Shown: piece after piece, positions 8,952 to 16,937 of the stretch
How the letters are laid out: each line of letters begins with the position of its first letter
How positions within the stretch are numbered: position 1 is the first letter of the stretch
NCBI RefSeq assembly: GCF_000377505.1
Contig: NZ_KB898200.1
Location: 21,665 to 45,664, forward strand
Length of the DNA: 24,000 bases
From: Paenibacillus massiliensis 2301065 = DSM 16942
GTDB taxonomy: Bacteria > Bacillota > Bacilli > Paenibacillales > Paenibacillaceae
Reading direction: 5' to 3'
Notes under the pieces: model-generated
What the model was told of the DNA's origin: nothing
Database searches by the model: none
What the model saw: the letters and a program-made list of their open reading frames with translations, nothing else
Position numbers and translations under genes: made by a program

Positions 8952-9902
8952 ATGGAACTTAGTCCACATAAAATGAGCGTTATAATGTGCACTTATAATA
9001 GACCAGAATTTCTGGAACGTTCCATTGAAAGCATTCTCTCGCAAACATTTGAGGATTTTGAATTTGTATTAGTTAATAATGGATCGACGGATAGCAGTTT
9101 TGAATTGTGTGAGTATTATCAAGCAAAAGACAAACGAATCAAACTTATCAATATCCCGATCAACGAAGGAGCTGCTAAAGGTAGAAACAGGGGGCTAATG
9201 GAAGCTTCGGGGGAGTATATAACCTTTGTTGATGATGATGACTATTGTGAACCAAGGATGCTGCAGGTTCTTTGGGAGTTATCTCAGACATATGATGCTG
9301 ATATTGCTTTATGCGGTAGTTGGAATAATATTAACGGGGAATTAGAGCCTTATTTTATATTTGATGACACCCTTGTACTTAATAAAGTTCAAGCACTAGA
9401 CGAGCTTTTGTTAAGAAAACGTTATAATGTTGCTCCCCCTACAAAGTTATTTCGAAAAAAACTATTTGATGGCGTAACATTTAAGGAAAATGTTTTGGTG
9501 GATGACATACATGTGATTTATAAGGTTTTTGCCAACGCGGATATAGTGGTAGCTAACGGTGAACCTCTTTATAGTTTTAGAAAACATCCTAATAATATGA
9601 CGCATTTTATTCAGAGTAATAGGCCTTCTCCAGAAATTATTAAGGAATACTTATCAGCATTTAAAGAGCGTACAGCTTATCTATCTGAAAAAGTGAGACC
9701 AATATCAGAGAGGGCTAAATACTCAGAACTCTCATATATGTTATCCATGTGCAATAGAATTAAAAACTTTGAAGAAATTGATTATTCTAAGCACTACAAT
9801 GAAATGTTAAATGAAATTAGTGATAATTACCAATTTTTGATTAATTGCCCTTACACTGAGGAAGAAGAAATAAAGCTTCTTAATACACTAATGATACGAT
9901 AA
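8952..9902 (+). CDS. GT2 (GT-A fold) glycosyltransferase
   Basis: It has MSVIMCTYNRPEFLERSIESILSQTF, VLVNNGSTDSS and DxD (FVDDDDY). I preferred the ATG at 8952, with GGAG 6 nt upstream; the track's GTG at 8928 is an alternative. Confidence 0.85.
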   Translation: MELSPHKMSVIMCTYNRPEFLERSIESILSQTFEDFEFVLVNNGSTDSSFELCEYYQAKDKRIKLINIPINEGAAKGRNRGLMEASGEYITFVDDDDYCEPRMLQVLWELSQTYDADIALCGSWNNINGELEPYFIFDDTLVLNKVQALDELLLRKRYNVAPPTKLFRKKLFDGVTFKENVLVDDIHVIYKVFANADIVVANGEPLYSFRKHPNNMTHFIQSNRPSPEIIKEYLSAFKERTAYLSEKVRPISERAKYSELSYMLSMCNRIKNFEEIDYSKHYNEMLNEISDNYQFLINCPYTEEEEIKLLNTLMIR

Positions 9903-9986
9903 AATGTTGAACTATAATAGTAAGTGGCGTAATGAAGTATTATGCGAATAATTAAGTTATACATTTTCGAATGATGGAGCCGTGAC

Positions 9987-10025
9987 AAATCCCTGCTGTC
10001 CTAACTAGCAGGGATTTATTATTTG
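9987..10025 (+). terminator. intrinsic terminator closing the AT-rich operon
   Basis: A perfect 11-bp stem, AAATCCCTGCT (9987-9997) paired with AGCAGGGATTT (10007-10017), encloses a 9-nt loop and is followed by ATTATTT. Confidence 0.8.
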
Positions 10026-10047
10026 AGCACTCATTGGAATAGGCTGT

Positions 10048-10074
10048 TGTAGATTTAATTTGATATGCCGATAT
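10048..10074 (+). promoter_or_regulatory. candidate sigma-D (sigma-28, flagellar) promoter
   Basis: There is an exact 8/8 match to the B. subtilis sigma-D -10 consensus GCCGATAT at 10067-10074. It sits 66 nt upstream of the fliB-like ATG and after the terminator. The -35 is poor: TGTAGATT matches TAAAGTTT at 5 of 8 positions, and there is no clean TAAA at the 15-nt spacing. Confidence 0.45.
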
Positions 10075-10139
10075 TCTTTAGAGAAGCCCTTGTGTAGTTA
10101 AAATGCTAATGGACTAGGTCCTAATTTAGGAGTGAACGT

Positions 10140-11408
10140 ATGAGCACAGCAAAGGCACTTGTCCCTGAATATATGACACAATTTCAATGTATTGGTTCCA
10201 CATGTGAGGACAGCTGCTGCATTGGTTGGAAGGTTGTTATGGATAAGAAAACATACCAAAATCTTTCCAACGTACCACATAAGCAGCTCAGAGAGACCTT
10301 TAAGAATGGTTCTGTAAAACGGGAGCAGAAGGTCCGAACGGATGATCAATTTGCCATGATGAAAATGGATGCGGAGACAGGCTGCTGCTCCATGCTGAAT
10401 GAACAGAAGCTATGCAACATTCATGCTTCCATTGGTGAGAACTATCTAGCGCCAATCTGTGCAACTTATCCACGTAATATTCACTACGTCAACGAACAGC
10501 AGGAAATATCGGCAGTCATGTCCTGTCCTGAAGCAGCACGGCTAGCGTTATTGAATCCTGACAAAATGGCATTCACTTATGTCGAACCTGTAGAGTATGG
10601 GAACGCGCTGATTAAAGCTAACATTTTTCCAGAGCGCCAGTCCGCCAACTATATGGGAGCATTTTGGCCAATTCGTATTTTTGTCATTGAGATCCTGCAG
10701 AGTAGAGAGTTCAGCTTTCCACATCGAATGTTAGTTCTGGGACTGTTTTGTGAGCAGCTGCAGCAACTTATCAGCCAAGGTATGGATCAGGAAGATAAGG
10801 TTCAAGATCTGATTGAGCGCTTTAAAATCATGATGACAACGAATGAAGAGCTGCGTAACTTCGATACTTTTCCGACAAATTCAGAGTTCCAATTCATTAC
10901 ATTAAATAATATTGTGTCGAAAAATCTGAATAACATCGGCTCTAATGAAAGATTCAGAGAATGTATCAGGGATTACCTGGAGGGCATGAACCCAAGCGAG
11001 CTGGAGAACAGGACGGAGGCTAATGTCGTTGATCGATATGATCAGGCTTACATGGACTACTATAAGCCTTTCATGGATGAGCATGAGCATATTTTTGAGA
11101 ACTATGCGGTGAACTTTATGTTCTCACACCTGTTCCCCAAGAATAATAGCCGAAATGTATTTAAGATCTATACGATCTTGGTTAGCCATTATGTACTGAT
11201 GAAATTACTGCTCATCGGAATGTCAGCGAAGCATCAGGGCTTAACGGCTCAATTGGTAGTAAAGCTTATACAGACATTTACCAAGACCTCGGAGCATTCC
11301 AATCAATATGTAGATAACATCCTGGAATTCCTGACGGCTAACCAGTATGGGACGGTAGGCCACATGAGTCTGTTGATTAAGAATGGATTGGGGGAAGTAG
11401 CCAAATGA
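10140..11408 (+). CDS. fliB: FliB-family protein (flagellin lysine-N-methylase homologue)
   Basis: The Cys-rich N-terminus FQCIGSTCEDSCCIGWKVVMDKKTY, then CCSMLNEQKLCNIHASIGENYLAPICATYPR and MSCPEAARLALLNPD, follow the motif order I recall for Salmonella FliB (F.C.GS.C.D.CC.GWK..LDK; LC..H; C..FPR; SCPEAA..L.NP). An AGGAG RBS lies 7 nt upstream of the ATG. Confidence 0.75.
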   Translation: MSTAKALVPEYMTQFQCIGSTCEDSCCIGWKVVMDKKTYQNLSNVPHKQLRETFKNGSVKREQKVRTDDQFAMMKMDAETGCCSMLNEQKLCNIHASIGENYLAPICATYPRNIHYVNEQQEISAVMSCPEAARLALLNPDKMAFTYVEPVEYGNALIKANIFPERQSANYMGAFWPIRIFVIEILQSREFSFPHRMLVLGLFCEQLQQLISQGMDQEDKVQDLIERFKIMMTTNEELRNFDTFPTNSEFQFITLNNIVSKNLNNIGSNERFRECIRDYLEGMNPSELENRTEANVVDRYDQAYMDYYKPFMDEHEHIFENYAVNFMFSHLFPKNNSRNVFKIYTILVSHYVLMKLLLIGMSAKHQGLTAQLVVKLIQTFTKTSEHSNQYVDNILEFLTANQYGTVGHMSLLIKNGLGEVAK

Positions 11409-12148
11409 GTGTATCAGCAGCTATGATTGTAAGAGATTCCGAGCGATGTATTGCTCGCTGCCTGGATAGTATAGTTGATGCTGTAGATGAGATTGTCATC
11501 GTGGATACGGGTTCTACGGATCGAACATTGGATATTATCGAGCAATATATCAAGAACTATCATCATATTAAGCTCTATCACTTCAAATGGATTGATGACT
11601 TTGCCGCTGCGCGCAACTACTCTCTTGGGAAGGTTACCCACGACTGGGTATTTGTCGTTGACTCCGATGATGTTTTGCCCGCCACAGAGCAGGCAAAGGT
11701 GCGCTCTTATGTCCAGAGACAGCTGGAGACAGCGCAGGAAGCCGTCTTTGATATTGTATATGATAACACCGTGGCCGGAGACATCGTTGAGGTAATTGAA
11801 GTGGGATATGTAAGACTGTTCCCGGCGCATTTAAGATATGAGGATCGCATCCATGAACAGATATCCTTTGGGGACCTGCCACGGCTACGGAGTGATATTC
11901 ACTTGCTGCATGATGGCTATGACGTAAACATTGTCGACCTTAAGGCCAAGAAGAAACGTAACGTTGACTTACTCATTGCGAGTCTGCAGGCTAATCAAGA
12001 TAACGCCAGATTATGGCTTCATTTGGCAAGAGAGATGTCCGTGCTGGATCAGGCTAAGGCGCGGAGATATCTGGATATTGCAGAATCAAAGACTAGTAAT
12101 GTTGATCTCTTAAGGCTTATTAATAATGAAAGATCAGCAATATCCTAA
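11405..12148 (+). CDS. small GT2 glycosyltransferase of the protein-modifying, TPR-associated type
   Basis: SAAMIVRDSERCIARCLDSIVDAVDEIVIVDTGSTDRTLDII .. WIDDFAAARNYSL .. VVDSDDV is the signature of the GT2 subgroup usually fused to TPR repeats. A short helical tail (ARLWLHLAREMSVLDQAKARRYLDIA) follows. An ATGA overlap with the fliB-like stop suggests translational coupling. Confidence 0.8.
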   Translation: MSVSAAMIVRDSERCIARCLDSIVDAVDEIVIVDTGSTDRTLDIIEQYIKNYHHIKLYHFKWIDDFAAARNYSLGKVTHDWVFVVDSDDVLPATEQAKVRSYVQRQLETAQEAVFDIVYDNTVAGDIVEVIEVGYVRLFPAHLRYEDRIHEQISFGDLPRLRSDIHLLHDGYDVNIVDLKAKKKRNVDLLIASLQANQDNARLWLHLAREMSVLDQAKARRYLDIAESKTSNVDLLRLINNERSAIS

Positions 12149-12278
12149 TTATCTTGTAGCTACTGTTTCATGTTCTCTGAATCCGGTTACTAATCAATAA
12201 AGTGTACTCTACCCATAGATTCGACAAGTATTTACATTAGCATGACATTATATTACAAAAAAACATTTACATTTCCAA

Positions 12279-12308
12279 TTGACAATGGATAACCTTGGGT
12301 GGTATAGT
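12279..12308 (+). promoter_or_regulatory. sigma-A promoter for the cold-shock gene
   Basis: TTGACA (12279-12284), an 18-nt spacer ending in TGg (extended -10), and TATAGT (12303-12308). Confidence 0.7.
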
Positions 12309-12362
12309 CGGAAATGTGGGCGAGAGCTTCACTTCATTTGATGACGAAGGGAATGTTAGTGC

Positions 12363-12560
12363 ATGCAAGGTAAAGTAAAATGGTTTAACGCAGAAAAAGG
12401 TTACGGTTTCATTGAAACAGCCGAAGGCGGCGACGTATTCGTACATTTCTCCGCAATCCAATCTGAAGGCTTCAAAACCCTCGAAGAAGGACAAGACGTT
12501 GAATTCGATATCGTTGAAGGCGCTCGTGGTCCGCAAGCAGCTAACGTAATCAAATTATAA
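12363..12560 (+). CDS. cold-shock protein, CspA/CspB family
   Basis: [62 protein letters not shown] contains the RNP1 (KGYGFI) and RNP2 (VFVHF) motifs. It is near-identical in pattern to B. subtilis CspB. Confidence 0.97.
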   Translation: MQGKVKWFNAEKGYGFIETAEGGDVFVHFSAIQSEGFKTLEEGQDVEFDIVEGARGPQAANVIKL

Positions 12561-12625
12561 TCATCCCGGCTCGGCCGACCTACATAATTGGTAAGATGGT
12601 TAGCAATTTAGACAACGCTAGCAAT

Positions 12626-12655
12626 AACCCTGGAACAGATTCCAGGGTTTTTTTA
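12626..12655 (+). terminator. intrinsic terminator of csp
   Basis: A 10-bp perfect stem, AACCCTGGAA paired with TTCCAGGGTT, has a CAGA loop and runs into T7. Confidence 0.9.
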
Positions 12656-12802
12656 TATGTTTTGAGCCTATAAATCTATAATGAAAATGTTTTCTTCGTG
12701 TCAAGAAAACTTTCATGAAATGTCGAAATTACACGAAAGAAAAGATGTGAACTAAAATACTTTTTCATTTTAACAAATTGTTAGAATTCTGCTTCATGGC
12801 TT

Positions 12803-12831
12803 TTACGTGAGGTTAACACATGTGGTATAAT
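12803..12831 (+). promoter_or_regulatory. candidate promoter for hpf
   Basis: TTACGT (12803-12808), a 17-nt spacer ending in TGg, and TATAAT (12826-12831). The -35 is weak. Confidence 0.5.
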
Positions 12832-12855
12832 GAAGAAGCAAAGGAGGCGTGTCTT

Positions 12856-13413
12856 ATGAACTTTACAGTTCGAGGTCAACAAATCGAGGTTACTGACGCT
12901 TTGAAAGAGTATGTTGAGAAAAAGCTTAGCAGACTTGAGAGATACTTTGATGCACCCCCAACATCTGATGGAAGTGTCACGTTAAGCACCACAAGAGGAC
13001 TTCACACCGTAGAAGTTACCATTCCTTTGCCGGGGTTAGTACTCCGGGCCGAAGACGAAAGTGAGGATATGTACGCATCCATCGATGCAGTTACGGACAA
13101 GCTTGAACGTCAGATCCGCAAGCACAAAACAAAGCTGAACCGCAAATTCCGCCAGGATCGTGGCTTGAAGACGCTGTTTGTAGAAGAGCCGGTTACGAAT
13201 GGCTCCGCTAGCGCTGATGAGCTGGATCATGATGATCTGGAGGTCGTGCGTACCAAGCGTTTCCTCTTGAAGCCAATGGATGTGGAAGAAGCGATTCTGC
13301 AAATGAATATGGTTGGACATAATTTCTTTGTATTCTCCAACATCGACAATGAAGAAGTGAATGTAGTGTATAAGCGTAACGACGGCAAGTATGGCCTGAT
13401 CGAGCAAGAGTAA
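12856..13413 (+). CDS. hpf: ribosome hibernation promoting factor (long HPF, YvyD type)
   Basis: MNFTVRGQQIEVTDALKEYVEKKLSRLERYF .. LERQIRKHKTKLNRKFR .. RTKRFLLKPMDVEEAILQMNMVGHNFFVFSN..VNVVYKRNDGKYGLIE aligns along its length with B. subtilis YvyD as I recall it. AAGGAGG lies 8 nt upstream of the ATG at 12856; the track start at 12820 has no RBS. Confidence 0.95.
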   Translation: MNFTVRGQQIEVTDALKEYVEKKLSRLERYFDAPPTSDGSVTLSTTRGLHTVEVTIPLPGLVLRAEDESEDMYASIDAVTDKLERQIRKHKTKLNRKFRQDRGLKTLFVEEPVTNGSASADELDHDDLEVVRTKRFLLKPMDVEEAILQMNMVGHNFFVFSNIDNEEVNVVYKRNDGKYGLIEQE

Positions 13414-13492
13414 GGACAAGCCAGCCGAAGTGGTCGCTATCTATATGGAACTAACTCATTGCCATCTTTAACAATTGCATAGCGTATATTCC

Positions 13493-13533
13493 AAGCCCTT
13501 GTCTGTGCTGTATTAGCCGGACGGGGCTTTTTT
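13493..13533 (+). terminator. intrinsic terminator of hpf
   Basis: AAGCCCT(T)GTC (13493-13503) pairs with GACGGGGCTT (13520-13529), with one bulge and one G-U pair, followed by a T6 run. Confidence 0.65.
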
Positions 13534-13935
13534 GATAACATAGAGCTGCGGTAACGGGGGGGAAGAGGTGGGCCTGCCGTTAACGCATGGTAGCGTCTAT
13601 TGGCAAATTCACTATGTGTGCTTCTTACCTTACATACTGTTATATAGATAGCTGCGATCTGACTGTTCGAGTAAGCGGACATAATGGTCGGTTGGTCGGG
13701 TGATTCCTCCTACACATCAGAAGTCGAGCCGACAATAAGTTGATGTTACTAAAGCTATCGTGAAGCGGTGTAGCGATGTCTCATTAAACCCCTTATATAC
13801 CAAATTAAGTATGTACGGAACTAAAGCTACACTTGACTCGTCTATAAATAGATAGCAGCCAGAAGAGGGTTGTAGATTATATGAACTTTAATAGTTATGA
13901 TTAGCACCAACTTTAATAGTAGCAGGCCGTGTGTG

Positions 13936-13964
13936 TTGCGGCATCTTCTACAAACTGTTACAAT
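13936..13964 (+). promoter_or_regulatory. candidate sigma-A promoter that would give secA a ~260-nt leader
   Basis: TTGCGG (13936-13941), a 17-nt spacer ending in TGt, and TACAAT (13959-13964). I saw no better promoter closer to the secA ATG. Confidence 0.5.
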
Positions 13965-14230
13965 TTATCCAAAGACTTTTTTTGCGAAAAAGGAATCAAT
14001 TTCACCATGGTCCCTTTATGAACATCGGGGATTAGCAGCTTCTGATAAGTCTGCAACTGGCTGATTCCCAAGGATATACACCTACATTTGCTCAGAGTGA
14101 GCTGTTATATGGCTGTCTGCATTCATTTGGACGGCTGTGAGGCTGTCTGTCGTCAATGGATGTATAGCTGATTTTTTGTATTTTGTGAAATTGATTTCTA
14201 ACCATTGTTGTTGCACGAAAGGGGTAAGCC

Positions 14231-16738
14231 ATGCTAGGCATTGTTAAGAAGATTTTTGGAGATACAAATGAGCGTGACGTGAAGCGTCTTATGAAGACCG
14301 TGGATATGATCAATAAATTGGAGCCGGATCTTGCTGCGTTATCGGATGAGCAATTGAAGGGCAAGACAGAGGAATTCCGTTCACGCCTGGAGCAGGGTAC
14401 CAATCTGGATGAACTCTTGCCAGAAGCATTTGCTACAGTTCGTGAGGCTTCCAAGCGTGTCCTGGGCAAACGCCATTATGATGTGCAGATGCTGGGCGGT
14501 ATTGCGCTGCATGAAGGTCGCATTTCCGAGATGAAGACAGGTGAAGGTAAGACACTGGTAGGGACGCTGCCGGTGTATTTGAACGCACTGGCTGGCAAAG
14601 GCGTGCACGTAGTAACAGTCAATGACTATTTGGCACAACGTGACAGCGCCGAGATGGGACAGATTTATGAGTTCCTCGGTATGACAGTGGGTCTGAATTT
14701 GGCGGGTATGAGGCATGAAGCGAAGCAAGAGGCCTACGCCTGCGATATTACCTATGGTACGAATAATGAATTCGGCTTTGACTATCTGCGTGATAACATG
14801 GTTCTGTACAAGGAACAAATGGTTCAACGTCCATTACACTTCTGTATTATTGACGAAGTTGACTCCATTCTCGTGGACGAGGCTCGTACACCACTTATTA
14901 TCTCGGGTGCAGCTGAGAAGTCGACAGAGCTGTATTTCGCAGCTGATCGCTTTGTGAAGAACCTGAAGGTGGACGAGGATTATACTGTAGATATCAAGGT
15001 CAAATCTGTGGCGTTGACCGAGAACGGTGTATCCAAGGCTGAGAACTTCTTCGGACTGGAGAATCTCTATGACCAGAAGAATGTAACGATTAACCACCAT
15101 GTCGTACAGGCACTCAAGGCCAATGTCATCATGAGACGTGACGTTGATTACGTCGTGACTGAAGATGAGATCATGATCGTGGATGAGTTCACAGGTCGTC
15201 TCATGCAGGGCCGTCGTTATAGTGATGGTCTGCATCAGGCTATTGAAGCGAAGGAAAATATTCATGTTCAGAATGAGAGCATGACGCTGGCGACGATCAC
15301 GTTCCAGAACTACTTCCGTATGTACCGCAAGCTTGCAGGGATGACAGGTACAGCGAAGACAGAGGAAGAGGAGTTCAAGAAGATTTACGGTCTGGAGGTA
15401 CTGCAGATTCCGACGAACCGTCCGAATCAGCGTGTGGATATGCCAGACGTAGTCTACAAGAGTGTTATTGGCAAATTCAAGGCGGTAGTTGAAGAGATTC
15501 AACAACGTCACCAAAATAAACAACCAGTTCTCGTCGGTACGGTTTCCATTGAGAACTCTGAGCTACTGTCCGAAATGCTGAAGCGCAAAGGCATTCAGCA
15601 CAAGGTCCTGAACGCCAAGTATCACGCAGAAGAGGCAGAGATCATCACGAAGGCTGGACAAGCCGGAGCTGTAACGATTGCCACCAACATGGCTGGTCGG
15701 GGTACGGACATTATGCTGGGTGAAGGTGTGGCTGAGATTGGCGGACTGCATATTATAGGTACAGAGCGCCACGAATCTCGCCGGATCGATAACCAGCTAC
15801 GTGGACGTGCGGGCCGTCAAGGTGACCCAGGCTCAACGCAGTTCTACCTGTCCATGGGTGATGAGCTGATGAAGCGCTTCGGTGCAGATAACGTACTAGC
15901 CATGATGGAGCGTCTGGGCTTCGAAGAAGACCAACCTATTGAGAGTCGGATGATCAGCCGTGCGATCGAGTCTGCTCAAAAACGGGTGGAAGGCAACAAT
16001 TTCGATATGCGTAAAGTCGTCCTCCAATATGACGATGTTATGAATCAGCAGCGTGAGATTATCTACAAGCAACGTAAAGAAGTACTGGAATCCGAGAATA
16101 TCAAGCAAATTGTATTCGATATGATCAAACCGACCATTGAGCGTGTGGTAGAGGCTCATTGTAGCGATGATATTCCGGAGAACTGGGAGCTTGAACAGGT
16201 CGCTGAGTATGTGAACAACAATATGCTCGAAGAGAATGCTGTATCGCGTGATGAGCTGTGGGGTAAGGAGCAGGAAGAGATTGTGGACTTCCTTTTCACC
16301 AAGGTCACAGATAAATACAATGCACGTGAAGAATCTATTGGTCAGGAAATGGTCCGTGAGTTCGAGAAGGTTATTGTGCTGCGTTCGGTAGACAGCAAAT
16401 GGATGGATCACATTGATGCGATGGATCAGCTTCGTCAGGGTATCCATCTCCGTGCATACGGCGGTACCGATCCGCTGCGTGAGTATCAATTTGAAGGCTA
16501 CGAAATGTTCAATGCGATGATTGCAACGATCCAGGAGGAAGTCTCCAAGTACATCATGAAGGCTCAGATTGAGACGAATCTGGAGCGTCAAGCGGTAGTC
16601 GATGAGAACAAGATTACGACTAGCGGCGACTCTGCGGAGAAAAAGCCGGTTCATGTCGGTGAGCAAGTTGGCCGTAATGATGCTTGTCCTTGCGGAAGCG
16701 GTAAAAAGTATAAGAACTGTCACGGTCAGAACGCCTAA
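14231..16738 (+). CDS. secA: preprotein translocase ATPase SecA
   Basis: The 835-aa protein has [10 protein letters not shown] (Walker A), the [23 protein letters not shown]-like box, [10 protein letters not shown], and the C-terminal zinc finger [14 protein letters not shown]. Confidence 0.99.
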   Translation: MLGIVKKIFGDTNERDVKRLMKTVDMINKLEPDLAALSDEQLKGKTEEFRSRLEQGTNLDELLPEAFATVREASKRVLGKRHYDVQMLGGIALHEGRISEMKTGEGKTLVGTLPVYLNALAGKGVHVVTVNDYLAQRDSAEMGQIYEFLGMTVGLNLAGMRHEAKQEAYACDITYGTNNEFGFDYLRDNMVLYKEQMVQRPLHFCIIDEVDSILVDEARTPLIISGAAEKSTELYFAADRFVKNLKVDEDYTVDIKVKSVALTENGVSKAENFFGLENLYDQKNVTINHHVVQALKANVIMRRDVDYVVTEDEIMIVDEFTGRLMQGRRYSDGLHQAIEAKENIHVQNESMTLATITFQNYFRMYRKLAGMTGTAKTEEEEFKKIYGLEVLQIPTNRPNQRVDMPDVVYKSVIGKFKAVVEEIQQRHQNKQPVLVGTVSIENSELLSEMLKRKGIQHKVLNAKYHAEEAEIITKAGQAGAVTIATNMAGRGTDIMLGEGVAEIGGLHIIGTERHESRRIDNQLRGRAGRQGDPGSTQFYLSMGDELMKRFGADNVLAMMERLGFEEDQPIESRMISRAIESAQKRVEGNNFDMRKVVLQYDDVMNQQREIIYKQRKEVLESENIKQIVFDMIKPTIERVVEAHCSDDIPENWELEQVAEYVNNNMLEENAVSRDELWGKEQEEIVDFLFTKVTDKYNAREESIGQEMVREFEKVIVLRSVDSKWMDHIDAMDQLRQGIHLRAYGGTDPLREYQFEGYEMFNAMIATIQEEVSKYIMKAQIETNLERQAVVDENKITTSGDSAEKKPVHVGEQVGRNDACPCGSGKKYKNCHGQNA

Positions 16739-16937
16739 TCCGATATTTGTCGGAATAGCGATACCCGGTTCATGCGGGTCTGTTCGTAGATGGGGTTAAC
16801 AGCTCCCCGAAGAGTGTATGTATGATGGCTGGTGCGTTACAAATGGCCGGCGGTACACACTAGCCGGGGAGCTATCTTTGAAATGATGGTCTGTCATCAA
16901 GTGAGGCATAACTAATGAGGCAAAAGGAGCAATGAAC

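Noticed and set aside
1-9960. Interpreting the AT-rich operon as a capsule, EPS, O-antigen or S-layer glycan locus
   Set aside because: This is not excluded, but I disfavoured it. The window has no flippase, polymerase, ABC exporter, priming transferase, oligosaccharyltransferase or chain-length genes. The genomic neighbourhood (fliB-like gene, sigma-D-like box, hpf-secA-prfB synteny) points to flagellin instead. The part of the locus left of the window is needed to settle this.
11414-11882. ORFs 11414..11830 (-), 11487..11795 (+) and 11634..11882 (-) inside the small GT2 gene
   Set aside because: These are alternative-frame or antisense ORFs with no motifs. The GT2 frame has the DxD motif and nucleotide-binding signatures and is translationally coupled to the upstream gene.
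13437-13682. Minus-strand 81-aa ORF in the hpf-secA spacer
   Set aside because: The nearest SD-like sequence (GGAGG, complement of 13706-13710) is ~23 nt from the start codon. The ORF runs through the hpf terminator, and its product is Pro/Arg-rich and low-complexity.
13587-13703. Plus-strand 38-codon ORF (MVASIGKFTMCASYLTYCYIDSCDLTVRVSGHNGRLVG) in the spacer
   Set aside because: GAGGTG is 16 nt from the ATG, which is too far. There is no recognisable peptide family, so there is not enough evidence to call a small protein.
13728-13735. GCCGACAA, a 7/8 match to the sigma-28 -10 box in the hpf-secA spacer
   Set aside because: There is no TAAA-like -35 at the proper spacing and no downstream gene within a reasonable distance.
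14092-14469. Minus-strand 125-aa ORF overlapping the secA start
   Set aside because: It is antisense to the secA 5' end and leader, Ser/Arg-rich, and has no RBS.
14834-16723. Two long minus-strand ORFs (14834..15523, 229 aa; 15896..16723, 275 aa), plus 14381..14827 and 15563..15772
   Set aside because: They lie entirely antisense to the unambiguous secA CDS. Their products are low-complexity with no motifs and no RBS, as expected for shadow ORFs in a codon-biased gene.
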